Assembly (NCBI GenBank): GCA_963705105.1
Contig: CAVPIW010000006.1
Span: 1,048,449-1,112,448, forward strand
Reading direction: 5' to 3'
DNA: 64,000 nucleotides
Source of the DNA: an uncultured Nitrospiraceae bacterium
GTDB taxonomy: Bacteria > Nitrospirota > Thermodesulfovibrionia > Thermodesulfovibrionales > Dissulfurispiraceae
Positions 1 to 9,648 of this stretch are shown piece by piece. The notes below the pieces were generated by a model. That model saw only the letters and a program-made list of their open reading frames with translations, ran no database searches and had not been told where the DNA came from. Both the position numbers and the translations under genes were made by a program. The stretch's first letter is position 1; every line of letters begins with the position of its first letter.

Positions 1-3000
1 GACCCTCCTGATGACTTCGTTCACGTCGATCGGCTTCAGGAAGATGATTTGTTTCCTGCTGAAGGCAAGGAGGCTCTGGGTGAGGTTGGCCGCCTTGTCC
101 GCCAGTGTGAGGATTTGGTCCACATGGGGGCGGGACGGATCATCGTCGCTCATGATCATCTGGAGGAGGCTGCCATATCCGATGATCGCGGTCAGGATGT
201 TGTTGAAATCATGAGCAATGCCGCCTGCGAGCTGTCCGACGGCCTCGAGCTTCTGGGAGTGCCGCAGCTGCTCCTCGAGCCTCTTCTGCTCCGTAATGTC
301 CTCCTGGACTTCGAGGAAATGGGTGATGACGCCCTCACTGCTTCTGATCGGGGAAATCGACACCGACGCCCAGTAGAGATCGCCGTTCTTTTTCCTGTTG
401 TGGAAGATGCCGCGCCATTCGCCCCCTTTCATGATCGTCTCCCAGAGCTTGCCGTACTCCTCAGGGGGAGTTTCGCCCGACTTGAGAATGCGCGGGTTCT
501 GACCGAGCACCTCCTCGACGGCGTATCCCGTCATCTGGACGAACCGGGGATTGACATACTCGATGACCGCCTTCGCATCGGTAATCATCACCGCCGTAGG
601 GCTCTGCTCGACAGCCCTGAAAAGCTTTCTGAGCTGCTGCTCGACGATCTTGCGCTCCGTGATGTCCGTCAGGATCGAGAGGGCTGCCCGCTCACCCCGG
701 TATGTGATGATCTTCGCCGATGCGAGGACGTCGAAGCCGGTCCCGTCGATGCGTTTCAACCGCAGTTCGTAATTGTTGACGTAGCCCCGGCTGAGGAGCT
801 CCCACATGAACCTCTCCCGGTCCCGGCGGTCTGCATAAAGATCGTCAATGCTCATGGCGAGACGGGTTCCCGCGCTGCCGCCGAAGAAGGGCGTCACCAG
901 GCCGTTGCCGAAGAGGATCCGGCCGCTCTCCAGATGGGTGATGAGGACCGGCAGGGGAATGGATTCGACGAGGGAACGGAAGAGCTCCTCGCTCACCTTG
1001 AGCTCCTCCTCGGCCCTCTTCCGTTCCAGGGCGTTGACGAAAATCTCGCCGAGGAACTTGAGCATCGTGATGTCTTCTTCGAGCCATGTCTTCGTGATCC
1101 TGACCTGCTCGACGCCGAGAAACCCCCTGAGCGTTTTACCGTACACCATGGGGACGATGATCAGGCACTGGATGTCCCGGGAGGCGAAAAAGTCCCTCTC
1201 ATGAGCGGCGTCGGCGGGCATCTCTGCGATCCTGTGAATATGAATGCTCTCGAACCCCCGGAGCTTTCTCACGAGCCATGGGAAGTCCGCGACGTCCATG
1301 ACCGACGGGACGCCGCTGTCGGCCCTGGCGCTGTTCCCCGACCATTCATGGCTCCGTGAGAGCGTCGAGCCGTCGGCGCTGAAAAGAAACACATAACCCC
1401 TGTCGATGCCGGCGAATTCGCCGATCGTCTGCAGGGCCTTTCGGATGCCGCCGTCGATCTCCAGGAGCGAGAGGTTGATGAAGTTCGTTGAGATCGTGGC
1501 GATGTGTTTCTCCATCGTCGCGCGGTACTGGAGCTCGCGGTTCGCCTCGGCCAGTTCCTGGCGGGAAAAGCGCAGGTCGTCGGCGATCTGCTTGATCGAC
1601 TGCGAGATCTCTTCGCGCTCCTTTTCGGTCAGGACAAACCTGTTGCCGCAGATGATGGCGGCCATGGACGATCCGATGGCGCCGGAAAGGATGCGTTCGG
1701 CCTCGTTCCTCAGCTCATGGATATCACGGGATGTCAGCTCCTCCCTCGACTTCCCCTTGCGGTCGACAAAATTCCTGACTGCCTCGTGGGCCTCCATTTT
1801 GCCGAGGTACTGGCCGAGGATCGCCTCGACGTCCCTGATGTCATAGGTGCCGACTCCGATCTGCCTCACCTTCTCGTAGGACTCGACGAAGATGAGGGAC
1901 TGGATCTCCTCGTCCTTGGTCTGCTTCGTCATGATCGACAGTCCGATGTAGCAGAGAAGATTGAATAGCAGGCTCCACAGGAGGGAGTGGCTCCATTTTC
2001 CGAGCCCGGTGATGCCGAAGAGGCTGTTGGGGTTGAACATCTCCGAGCCGACAATGCCGCCCATCAGGCCGGCGCTCTCGATGAGTCCCGCCTTCATGAG
2101 GGCCGGGACGAGGAGGGTGTAAAACCAGATGATGAAACCCGCCGTGATGCCGGCAATGGCGCCCGTGCGGTTTCCCTTTTTCCAGTAGAGCCCGAGAATG
2201 AAGGCGGGAGCGAAGAGCGTGACCGCCTCGAAGGACTTGAGCCCCATGTCGACGAGGCTGTAGAACTCTCCGACAAGGACCGCGAAGAGATAGCCGAGAA
2301 AGACGATGGCGAGGATCACCATGCGCTTGATGTTCAGGATGATCGCCGGAAACCGGGCCGCCTCATGATAACGGACGAGGGTCGGCATGATTATGCTGTT
2401 CATGACCATCGTGCTCAGTGCCAGGGCCTCGACGATGACCATGCCGATGGCTGCCGAGAACCCCCCGATAAAGACGAAGAGCGACAAAAGCTGCTGCCCG
2501 TGGCTCAGAGGAATTGTCAGGACGAAGGAGTCCGCTTCCGCCGGCGTTCCGCCGAGGAGCAGGCCGCCGAGGGCGATGGGCAGGACGAAAATGTTTATCA
2601 GGAGCAGGTACAGGGGGAAGAGCCAGGCCGCCTTCGAGATATGGGCCTCGTCGTAATTCTCCACCACCGCCATCTGAAACTGCCGGGGAAGAAACATGAT
2701 CGCCATCATCGAAATCAGGAGGAGCGCGAACCACTCGCCGTAATCGGTCCCGCTCCCCGGCCCGAGTGAGAGAAGCGACGCATTGACCGTCCCCTGGACC
2801 CGGAAGAAGATATCGAGGAAACCGTCGAAGAGGTGATAGGTGACGAAGATGCCGACGAGGAGAAAAGCCGCGAGCTTCACGATCGATTCAAAGGCGATGG
2901 CGAAGACGAGGCCGCTGTGGCGCTCCGACTGTTGGAGGCTCCGCGCCCCGAAGATGACGGCGAAGACCCCGAGAATCAGAGTAATGAACAGCCCTGCGGC

Positions 3001-3462
3001 GATGCTGACCGTTGTCTTCCCCGTGATGATCGTCAGGGTGGTGATGATCGCCTTGATCTGGAGTCCCATGTACGGCGTGATCCCGATGACGGCGACGATG
3101 GCGGTGAGGGCCGACAGTGCCAGGGACTGACCGTACCGGGAGCCGAAAAAGTCCGAAATGGTGGTGATCCTGTTCGCCCGGGCGATCCTGACGACTTTCC
3201 GGAGAATGACAAGCCAGAGGGTTGCCATGAGGGTCGGTCCGAGGTACACGGGCAGAAAAGAGAGTCCCGAGGTGGCCGCTTTTCCGACGCTGCCGTAAAA
3301 AGTCCAGGATGTGCAATATACAGCGAGAGACAAAGAATAAATATAGGGGTTGTTGACGATACTCCGGCCTTCCTGCTCTCTCTTCTCTGCGTAATAGGCG
3401 GCGGCGAAGAGAAAGAGGAGGTAACAGAAGACGATGAAGAAGAGACTGAATGGTTCAAACAC
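1..3462 (-). CDS. SLC5 (Na+/solute symporter)-STAC-PAS histidine kinase, CbrA/CrbS-like; 3' end runs off the window
   Basis: Absent from the ORF track (no stop in window). Manual translation from GTG 3462: VFEPFSLFF...YSLSLAVYCTSWTFYGSVGKAA (CbrA/CrbS N-terminus), PAS domains, H-box LAGGIAHDFNNILTAI, LTQSLLAFSRKQ. The long + strand ORFs here are its antisense shadow, in register. Confidence 0.88.
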   Translation of the reverse strand, partial: MFEPFSLFFIVFCYLLFLFAAAYYAEKREQEGRSIVNNPYIYSLSLAVYCTSWTFYGSVGKAATSGLSFLPVYLGPTLMATLWLVILRKVVRIARANRITTISDFFGSRYGQSLALSALTAIVAVIGITPYMGLQIKAIITTLTIITGKTTVSIAAGLFITLILGVFAVIFGARSLQQSERHSGLVFAIAFESIVKLAAFLLVGIFVTYHLFDGFLDIFFRVQGTVNASLLSLGPGSGTDYGEWFALLLISMMAIMFLPRQFQMAVVENYDEAHISKAAWLFPLYLLLINIFVLPIALGGLLLGGTPAEADSFVLTIPLSHGQQLLSLFVFIGGFSAAIGMVIVEALALSTMVMNSIIMPTLVRYHEAARFPAIILNIKRMVILAIVFLGYLFAVLVGEFYSLVDMGLKSFEAVTLFAPAFILGLYWKKGNRTGAIAGITAGFIIWFYTLLVPALMKAGLIESAGLMGGIVGSEMFNPNSLFGITGLGKWSHSLLWSLLFNLLCYIGLSIMTKQTKDEEIQSLIFVESYEKVRQIGVGTYDIRDVEAILGQYLGKMEAHEAVRNFVDRKGKSREELTSRDIHELRNEAERILSGAIGSSMAAIICGNRFVLTEKEREEISQSIKQIADDLRFSRQELAEANRELQYRATMEKHIATISTNFINLSLLEIDGGIRKALQTIGEFAGIDRGYVFLFSADGSTLSRSHEWSGNSARADSGVPSVMDVADFPWLVRKLRGFESIHIHRIAEMPADAAHERDFFASRDIQCLIIVPMVYGKTLRGFLGVEQVRITKTWLEEDITMLKFLGEIFVNALERKRAEEELKVSEELFRSLVESIPLPVLITHLESGRILFGNGLVTPFFGGSAGTRLAMSIDDLYADRRDRERFMWELLSRGYVNNYELRLKRIDGTGFDVLASAKIITYRGERAALSILTDITERKIVEQQLRKLFRAVEQSPTAVMITDAKAVIEYVNPRFVQMTGYAVEEVLGQNPRILKSGETPPEEYGKLWETIMKGGEWRGIFHNRKKNGDLYWASVSISPIRSSEGVITHFLEVQEDITEQKRLEEQLRHSQKLEAVGQLAGGIAHDFNNILTAIIGYGSLLQMIMSDDDPSRPHVDQILTLADKAANLTQSLLAFSRKQIIFLKPIDVNEVIRRV

Positions 3463-3514
3463 CCGTCACACCGGAAGTCTCAGGGTTTCGTTATTTTCAT
3501 TTGCCTGCCCCCTT

Positions 3515-3709
3515 GCCTTACACACTCCCGGGAAAGGCGGGGCGTATACGCCGAAAACCTTGATGCGGCGACACCTTACCCGTCACAGAAGGCAGTGTTT
3601 CGAACCAATGGTCGAAGAAATGAGCCTTTTTCCCGACACTCACACTGTCACTGACACTCACACTTTTTTTTAGAGTGCTTCGCCCCTCCTTTCTATGCAA
3701 CTGCAAGGT
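3515..3709 (+). mobile_element. MITE-like element (A-left/A-right), TT flanks
   Basis: GGAAAGGCGGGGCG..GCCGAAAACCTTGATGCGGCGACACC..ACACTCACACTGTCACTGACACT..CGCCCCTCCTTTCTATGCAACTGCAAGGT; left end partly deleted. Confidence 0.8.
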
Positions 3710-3730
3710 TTACTCCGGGTCAATGTCACG

Positions 3731-3907
3731 TCATGTCCGCCTGTCGCCGTCCGATTTCCGCGTCGAAAACGCTATAAGGGCGATTATGACGATCCAGACG
3801 CCGAAGAGGTACACAACCGTCTCGCGACGGAAGATCTCCAGGAGCGGCCAGTTGAGACCGACGAGCCCCAGGATAAAAATGAATACCCATATTTCCGTTC
3901 TTTTCAT
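3731..3907 (-). CDS. Small two-TM membrane protein upstream of the SLC5-kinase
   Basis: MKRTEIWVFIFILGLVGLNWPLLEIF...; purine-rich RBS; co-oriented with the kinase. Confidence 0.7.
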   Translation of the reverse strand: MKRTEIWVFIFILGLVGLNWPLLEIFRRETVVYLFGVWIVIIALIAFSTRKSDGDRRT

Positions 3908-4063
3908 CCCTTCACCCTCTCCGGAGCCCGTCATTCAGCGGCATTCGACCCTTTTTAAGCAAACTATACCATAAAAAAAGGGCCGATGCAAAAAAGCGGC
4001 AAGGCAGTGGCAGTGTGAGTGTCAGTGTAAGTAAAAGGGCCGCGTTATTCAAACATGCGCCTG

Positions 4064-4438
4064 AACGACGCCCTTTGGTTCGGCATGGTGACCCGTTGAA
4101 CACAAGACGAACAACCTCACACTCACACTGACACTGCTCGTCTCTTTACCTTATCGTTGCAATAAGACATCCGGAAGGGCGGGGCGAAGATGCCGAAAAG
4201 TCTTGGTGCTGAGAAACCTTTGCCTTCCCATACGGATGATGCCAGGCTGACGGTTGATGACACAAAGGGTGGAATCCCGAAGTCCAATCTCAAATGATCA
4301 TGCTCGCTATCAGCAAGGCTTTGAGGCACTTCGCCCCGCCTTTTCATGCAACTCGACGGTAAACGACGCCCTTTGGTTCGGCATGGTGACCAGTTGAAAA
4401 CAAGACGAACAACCTCACACTCACACTGACACTGTTCG
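4064..4438. repeat. 77-bp direct repeats (4064-4140 and 4362-4438) bracketing a MITE
   Basis: AACGACGCCCTTTGGTTCGGCATGGTGACC...CTCACACTCACACTGACACTG(C/T)TCG twice, 3 mismatches. Confidence 0.92.
4148..4360 (+). mobile_element. MITE-like element (B-left/B-right)
   Basis: ACCTTATCGTTGCA..GGAAGGGCGGGGCG..GGTGCTGAGAAACCTTTGCCTTCCCATAC..GCTATCAGCAAGGCTTTGAGGCACTTCGCCCCGCCTTTTCATGCAACTCGACGGT. Confidence 0.8.
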
Positions 4439-5932
4439 CTACTCCTTTTCCATCCACCGGACGGGGAAAACCATGGTCAAGGCGGTCCCCTTGCCCGGCT
4501 CGCTCTCGACCCTGAGCTCCCCGAGGTGCTCGGACACGACCTGTTTGACGATGGGCAGTCCCATGCCGAACCGGAACTGTTTCGTACTGAAGAAGGGATC
4601 GAAAATTTTCTCGATATCCTCTTGCCCAATGCCCGGGCCGGTGTCCGATACGCCCAGGGACACCGTTTCGCGGTCAGCCTTCGTGGTGACCGTGATCTCA
4701 CCCCCGGCGGGAGTCGCCTCGATGGCATTGCGGATGACGTGGAAGATGGCGACGCGGAGCAGGTTTCTCTGCGTGTTGATCTTGAGCGGTCCCTCCGCGA
4801 GTTTCACCACCACGGAGACCCCCTTGTCGAGCGCCTCTTTTTCTATGGCGGACATGACGACACTGACGATGGCGTTCATGTCCTCATAGCGGAACATGGA
4901 CTTCTTGCTCTTCAGGAGGGTCTCAAAGTTCCTGACGATGGTCTCGAGCTTTTCCGACTCTTCGATGACGCTCTTCAGTTCATCTTGGAGGGTCTCGGGC
5001 AGGCGGCCCTTTTGAATAAGGCGCTTGCAGGTCCAGCTGATCACAGAGGCGGGATTTCGCACTTTGTCTGCAACGGTGAGGGCCATGACGCTCATGGTCC
5101 TCTCGGCGATAAGCGTCTCCAGTTCCTCGTTCAGCTCCGTCAGGTCGGCATTGATCGCCTCTATCTTTTTCCTGCTGCCCTCGACCTGATTATAGAGGTT
5201 CGTGAAACGAACATGGATGATGAGAAAAACGGCGCTGAAGAAAATCGTGTAGAGACCGACGAAAATCCCGACGCTCTTTTTTGCCGCGGCAAGGGGCACC
5301 TCGATCGGTATGTAGACGATCTTGGCGTCGATCAATTCCCCGACGGTCCTGCCGAAGCCGGCCAGTTTTCCGTACCTCGTGACGACTTCCGCGGGCGCCG
5401 CCGAAGGATCGCCGTGACAGTACAGGCAGGCGCTGTCGATCGGCTCCCCGGGCCGGGCCAGGACGTAGTACTGTTCGCCGTCCTTCGTCCTGAACCCCTG
5501 CCAGTCCCTGATTTTACGGTCCCTGATAAAAGTCCTGATGACGTCGGCCTCGAAGTCGTCAGCGAGATTCAGGGGGTTCATGGGGTTCGACAGGGCGGCG
5601 TTCTTGTACTTGAACCCCCCGTATTCGCTGTAAATCCTCCGGGCGATGCTGTTCGCCACGTAGGAACGCGACATCCCCTCGAGCACGAATTTTCCGGGAA
5701 TGGCCCGGTAGAGGGACGGCCTCAGTTCGTCGGCGACGTAGTGCTTCGTCGCCTCGACGGAGGTCAGGTAGAGTTTCCCGGTGGTGTAGGCGTCACTGAT
5801 CGCGTTGTCCCTCAGGATGAAATACGTTATGGACGATATGATCGGGACGGAGACGATATAGATGACGATGAGCAGGAGGAGGAACTTCCTCCTCGGATCG
5901 ATGATCGGCGGGATGCCTGAACGGGTCGTCAT
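4439..5932 (-). CDS. Sensor kinase-like protein with periplasmic c-heme (DUF3365/Tll0287-like) domain; H-box His replaced by Asp
   Basis: Two TMs, CLYCH heme motif, TVADKVRNPA, HATPase boxes NAIEA, DTGPGI, FDPFFSTK, GMGL. Confidence 0.85.
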   Translation of the reverse strand: MTTRSGIPPIIDPRRKFLLLLIVIYIVSVPIISSITYFILRDNAISDAYTTGKLYLTSVEATKHYVADELRPSLYRAIPGKFVLEGMSRSYVANSIARRIYSEYGGFKYKNAALSNPMNPLNLADDFEADVIRTFIRDRKIRDWQGFRTKDGEQYYVLARPGEPIDSACLYCHGDPSAAPAEVVTRYGKLAGFGRTVGELIDAKIVYIPIEVPLAAAKKSVGIFVGLYTIFFSAVFLIIHVRFTNLYNQVEGSRKKIEAINADLTELNEELETLIAERTMSVMALTVADKVRNPASVISWTCKRLIQKGRLPETLQDELKSVIEESEKLETIVRNFETLLKSKKSMFRYEDMNAIVSVVMSAIEKEALDKGVSVVVKLAEGPLKINTQRNLLRVAIFHVIRNAIEATPAGGEITVTTKADRETVSLGVSDTGPGIGQEDIEKIFDPFFSTKQFRFGMGLPIVKQVVSEHLGELRVESEPGKGTALTMVFPVRWMEKE

Positions 5933-5972
5933 GCCCTCTCATTGCCGGTGACGGTCGTCACCGGGCGTCTCC

Positions 5973-7601
5973 TCAGGGGATCGGCTGCCCGGCCGCCGGT
6001 TCCTCAGTCGGCGGGAATGCCGTCGTCGTTGTCCTGAAGGAGTTGTAAAACATCTCCTGCTTCTCCGTCCACCGGACGGGGAAGACGATGGTGAAGGTCG
6101 TTCCCTTGCCGATTTCGCTTGCCACCTTGATCTCCCCGAGGTGCTCCGATACGATCTGCTTGACCAGGGACAGGCCCATGCCGAACTTAAGGGCCTTGGT
6201 ACTGAAGAAGGGATCGAACATCTTGTCCTTCACGTCCTTCGAGATGCCGTGGCCTGTATCGGAGATGGCAAGGGAGACGACGTCACCGTTTCCGGATGTG
6301 GCTATGGTGACCGTCCCGCCCTTGCCCGTCGCCTCGATGGCGTTCCTGGCAACGTGAAAGATGGCGGCACGGAGGTGATTTTTCTGGGTATTGATCTTGA
6401 GGGGTTTGTCCGGGAGGTCGAGGACGAGATTCAGGTCCCTGTCCACTGCCTCCTTCTCTATGACCTTGCTGACATCCCGCACGATATCGCTGATGTCCTC
6501 GAAACGGAACATGCTCTGCCTCGACTTGAGAAAACCCTCGAAATCACCGACGATCGTCTCGAGCTTCTGGCATTCATCCATAATGTCATGGATGTTTTCG
6601 CCCAGTTTTTCCGAAAGTTTTTCCTTCGCCAGTATCCTCTTGCAGGTGCAGCCGATGATCGCCGCGGGGTTCCTCACCTTGTCCGCCACGGTCAGGCCCA
6701 TGAGCGCCATGGTCCTCTCGGCGACAAGGTTTTCCAGTTCCTGGTTCAGCTCCGTCAGGTCAATGTTGATCAGCTCGATCTCCTTCTTGTCCTCCAGCAT
6801 CTTGAGATAGACGCGGTAGATCCAGATGAAGAAGAGGTTCACCGATCCGACGATGATGAAGGTGAAGCTGTTGATGCTCCCGCTGTAAGGGTTCATGTAG
6901 GCCCAGATCGCATCATTGCCCGTCGCGGCCAGGATGTGCCTGAGGAAATGGCCGAAGGACCGGGAGACCGAGTAGAGGAGATAGGACGAGGAAAGCCACA
7001 CGAAATAATTCCAGAGCACGTTGTCCGGCTCCTTCCGGTGGAGCTTCAGGCTGACGGACAGGCACATGACAGACAGAACAATGAAGACAGCGGCGCCTCC
7101 CATATCGACGAAATAGATGGGCAGGAGCGGCAGGATGACGGCGGCGTTCGTCGATGCCTGCTCCTCCTGTGCCAGGTGTTCGCGGAGCCCCAGGTAAAAG
7201 AGGCACATGGCCCCGTTGATGACGAGGAAATCGAAACGCGCGATATAGAAGAACAGCTCCTTTCCCTCCAGCTGAATGCCCTGCCGGAAATAATCCCAGC
7301 CCGCCTTTCCGCCGATGAACTGCGACGGCTCTATCCAGAGCTCGGCGAACCGCCCCGCCGAGACGAGAACGTCCCAGACGGCGAAGAGGAGAACGGAATA
7401 GTACATGTATCTCCACCCCGCTTTCTGCTGAAGACGGTTCCGGACGATCGCCCAGAGGACGACGATACAGGAGACGAGATAGAAAACGCGGCCGATGTGG
7501 TGCAGGTAAATGCCCGAGTATTCATGGGGCTGGAAGGCGAGCGCCTGCCCGGGTATGAGAAGGATGAGAGCAGCTGTGAAAAACGACAGGGTGGTTGTCA
7601 T
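5973..7601 (-). CDS. Multi-TM sensor kinase-like protein; H-box His replaced by Asp
   Basis: Several TM helices, TVADKVRNPA, NAIEA, DTGHGI, FDPFFSTK, GMGL; C-terminal half paralogous to 4439-5932. Confidence 0.85.
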   Translation of the reverse strand: MTTTLSFFTAALILLIPGQALAFQPHEYSGIYLHHIGRVFYLVSCIVVLWAIVRNRLQQKAGWRYMYYSVLLFAVWDVLVSAGRFAELWIEPSQFIGGKAGWDYFRQGIQLEGKELFFYIARFDFLVINGAMCLFYLGLREHLAQEEQASTNAAVILPLLPIYFVDMGGAAVFIVLSVMCLSVSLKLHRKEPDNVLWNYFVWLSSSYLLYSVSRSFGHFLRHILAATGNDAIWAYMNPYSGSINSFTFIIVGSVNLFFIWIYRVYLKMLEDKKEIELINIDLTELNQELENLVAERTMALMGLTVADKVRNPAAIIGCTCKRILAKEKLSEKLGENIHDIMDECQKLETIVGDFEGFLKSRQSMFRFEDISDIVRDVSKVIEKEAVDRDLNLVLDLPDKPLKINTQKNHLRAAIFHVARNAIEATGKGGTVTIATSGNGDVVSLAISDTGHGISKDVKDKMFDPFFSTKALKFGMGLSLVKQIVSEHLGEIKVASEIGKGTTFTIVFPVRWTEKQEMFYNSFRTTTTAFPPTEEPAAGQPIP

Positions 7602-8359
7602 GTCAGCGAGTTTTTTTGCATTCTTTTCTCTTTTTTCTTTCTGTAGTCTCTAATATGCCATAATCTGAACCATCGTTCAAGTTTATCCCGGTAAGCCATG
7701 GCGATGAGCACGACGACAACGGAGACGCCGACGAGGATGGAAAAGCGGCCGTACTGGTGATGCCTGATGAAATCGCCGCCGAGGGTCAGGAGCACCGTCC
7801 CGAAAAGCCTGCCTGTGCCGCCGATGACGAGGAACTCCATCGTCGAGAGGTGGCCGAGGCCGAGGATATAGCAGAGATAATCCTTGGGAAAGCCGGGAAT
7901 GAGAAAGAGGAGGAAGACGAGGACCGCCCCTTTGTGATGGAGGAGATAGTCGAACCGTCCCATCGTCTTCATGTCGACGAACCGCTCCACGAAGGGCCGG
8001 CCGAAGGTCCTCGCAAGCGTAAAGGCGACGAAGGAGCCGAGGGTCAAACCTATGGTGGAAAGGACGACGCCGAGGACGGGCCCGTAGAGGATGCCGCCGA
8101 GCAGGCCAGTCACCTCTCCCGGGATCGGGGCGGCCACCACCTGCGCAGTCTGCAGGAGGATAAAGGCGATGAACGAGGCGGGACCGAGGGAATTGATGAA
8201 TGCCGTGAGGCGGTGCTTGTCGAGGAAGAAATGGATGAGGCCCGTCTCATAGAAGAGAAGCGTGATGCCGCCGATGATGCACAGGAAGACCGCCAGCCTT
8301 ATCCAGATATGCTTCTTCCCGCCCGGATCCTCCTGAATCTCTTCTTCCCCTGCAGGCAA
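7598..8359 (-). CDS. TVP38/TMEM64 (DedA/SNARE-associated) membrane protein
   Basis: QVVAAPIPGEVTGLLGG, FLIPGFPKDYLCYILG motifs; 4-bp overlap with next gene. Confidence 0.85.
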   Translation of the reverse strand: MPAGEEEIQEDPGGKKHIWIRLAVFLCIIGGITLLFYETGLIHFFLDKHRLTAFINSLGPASFIAFILLQTAQVVAAPIPGEVTGLLGGILYGPVLGVVLSTIGLTLGSFVAFTLARTFGRPFVERFVDMKTMGRFDYLLHHKGAVLVFLLFLIPGFPKDYLCYILGLGHLSTMEFLVIGGTGRLFGTVLLTLGGDFIRHHQYGRFSILVGVSVVVVLIAMAYRDKLERWFRLWHIRDYRKKKEKRMQKNSLT

Positions 8360-8364
8360 AGCGC

Positions 8365-9147
8365 TTATCCCTTTCCGGACCCGCCGCTCCCTTTCATATG
8401 TTCGATGAACGGTTTCAGGATGTCGATCGGCACCGGAAAGACGATGGTCGAGTTCTTCTCCGTGGCGATCTCGGTGAGTGTCTGGAGAAACCTGAGCTGG
8501 AGTGTGACCGGCTCGGTCGCGATGATCTGGGCCGCTTCGAGGAGCTTCTGCGACGCCTGGAACTCGCCCTCGGCATGGATGATCTTCGCCCTCCGCTCCC
8601 GTTCGGCCTCGGCCTGACGCGCGATCGCCCGCAGCATCTCAGGCGGCAGGTCGACGTTCTTGACCTCAACGGCCGTCACCTTCACCCCCCACGGTTCGGT
8701 CTGCGTGTCGATGACCCGCTGCAGCTCGGCATTCAGCTCTTCGCGGTTCGTCAGGAGCTCGTCGAGCTGGCTCTGACCGAGGATGCTTCTGAGCGTCGTC
8801 TGGGCGATCTGGGAGGTGGCGAAAAAGTAATCCTCCACCTCGGTGATGGCTTTAATCGGCTCGATCGGCCTGAAATAGATGACGGCGTTGACCTTGACCG
8901 TGATATTGTCCCTGGTGATGATGTCCTGGGGTGGGACGTCCATCGTCACCGTTCTTAAGCTGACCTTGACCAGCTTGTCGATGATCGGCCAGATGATCAC
9001 GAGACCCGGCCCCTTCACGGGGATGACCCGGCCGAGCCTGAAGACGACGCCGCGCTCGTATTCCTTGAGGATCTTGATCGCGCTGGACAGAAAATAGAGG
9101 ACGAGAAAAACGACAAAAACGAAACTAAACAGTGACGTCGGCCACAT
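8365..9147 (-). CDS. SPFH/stomatin (slipin) family protein
   Basis: [52 protein letters not shown]. Confidence 0.93.
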   Translation of the reverse strand: MWPTSLFSFVFVVFLVLYFLSSAIKILKEYERGVVFRLGRVIPVKGPGLVIIWPIIDKLVKVSLRTVTMDVPPQDIITRDNITVKVNAVIYFRPIEPIKAITEVEDYFFATSQIAQTTLRSILGQSQLDELLTNREELNAELQRVIDTQTEPWGVKVTAVEVKNVDLPPEMLRAIARQAEAERERRAKIIHAEGEFQASQKLLEAAQIIATEPVTLQLRFLQTLTEIATEKNSTIVFPVPIDILKPFIEHMKGSGGSGKG

Positions 9148-9393
9148 ATACGCTTCCTTTCCTTGAACTATCGGTCTCTGACTCCCGTCGTGTCCGTGCC
9201 ATGTCAGCCTTCACACAACGCATGACCGGGAATCGTTTATGCCCACTTCCATGTACGCAGATTCGGGACCATCGGAGGGTTTGCATCTCAGTCCATTATA
9301 CCTTATATGGCGTCCGTTTTTCTCTTTGACACCGACCACATAGAGTCAGGAAGCCGGCTATACTATAAAGGTCATAGATAGTCCTCACAATCT

Positions 9394-9438
9394 GTCATTC
9401 CCGCAACCCCGTACTTGATGCGGGGGCGTCGGGAATCC
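9394..9438 (+). repeat. GTCATTCCCGC-type palindromic (REP-like) element
   Basis: GTCATTCCCGCAACCCCG..CGGGGGCGTCGGGAATCC, near-identical to the 5' part of 26686. Confidence 0.75.
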
Positions 9439-9648
9439 TTCCGAAACAGGCTTCACCTCACAGTTGCACCGCCGCCCTGCCCAGATTCGTTTGGTTCTGC
9501 AATATACAGCCACTGACGCGTCCTCCGGCATCTCTGGAAAACCTCTTTGATAAATGATAGTATACATCAGCAGTCGGTGTTGCAGTTCGTGCACATTGAC
9601 AAAGACGGGCTATGGCCTGAAACAAACCCTTTTCCCGAGGAGGCAGCC

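Noticed and set aside
49..3654. Long + strand ORFs (436, 260, 273 aa) and similar antisense ORFs across the window
   Set aside because: In-register antisense shadows of real genes in GC-rich DNA; no recognisable motifs.
3434..4347. Short ORFs with SVSVSV/THTVTD tracts (also near 22430, 53299, 54434, 57892)
   Set aside because: Translations of the MITE hexamer tract; frames are not conserved between copies.
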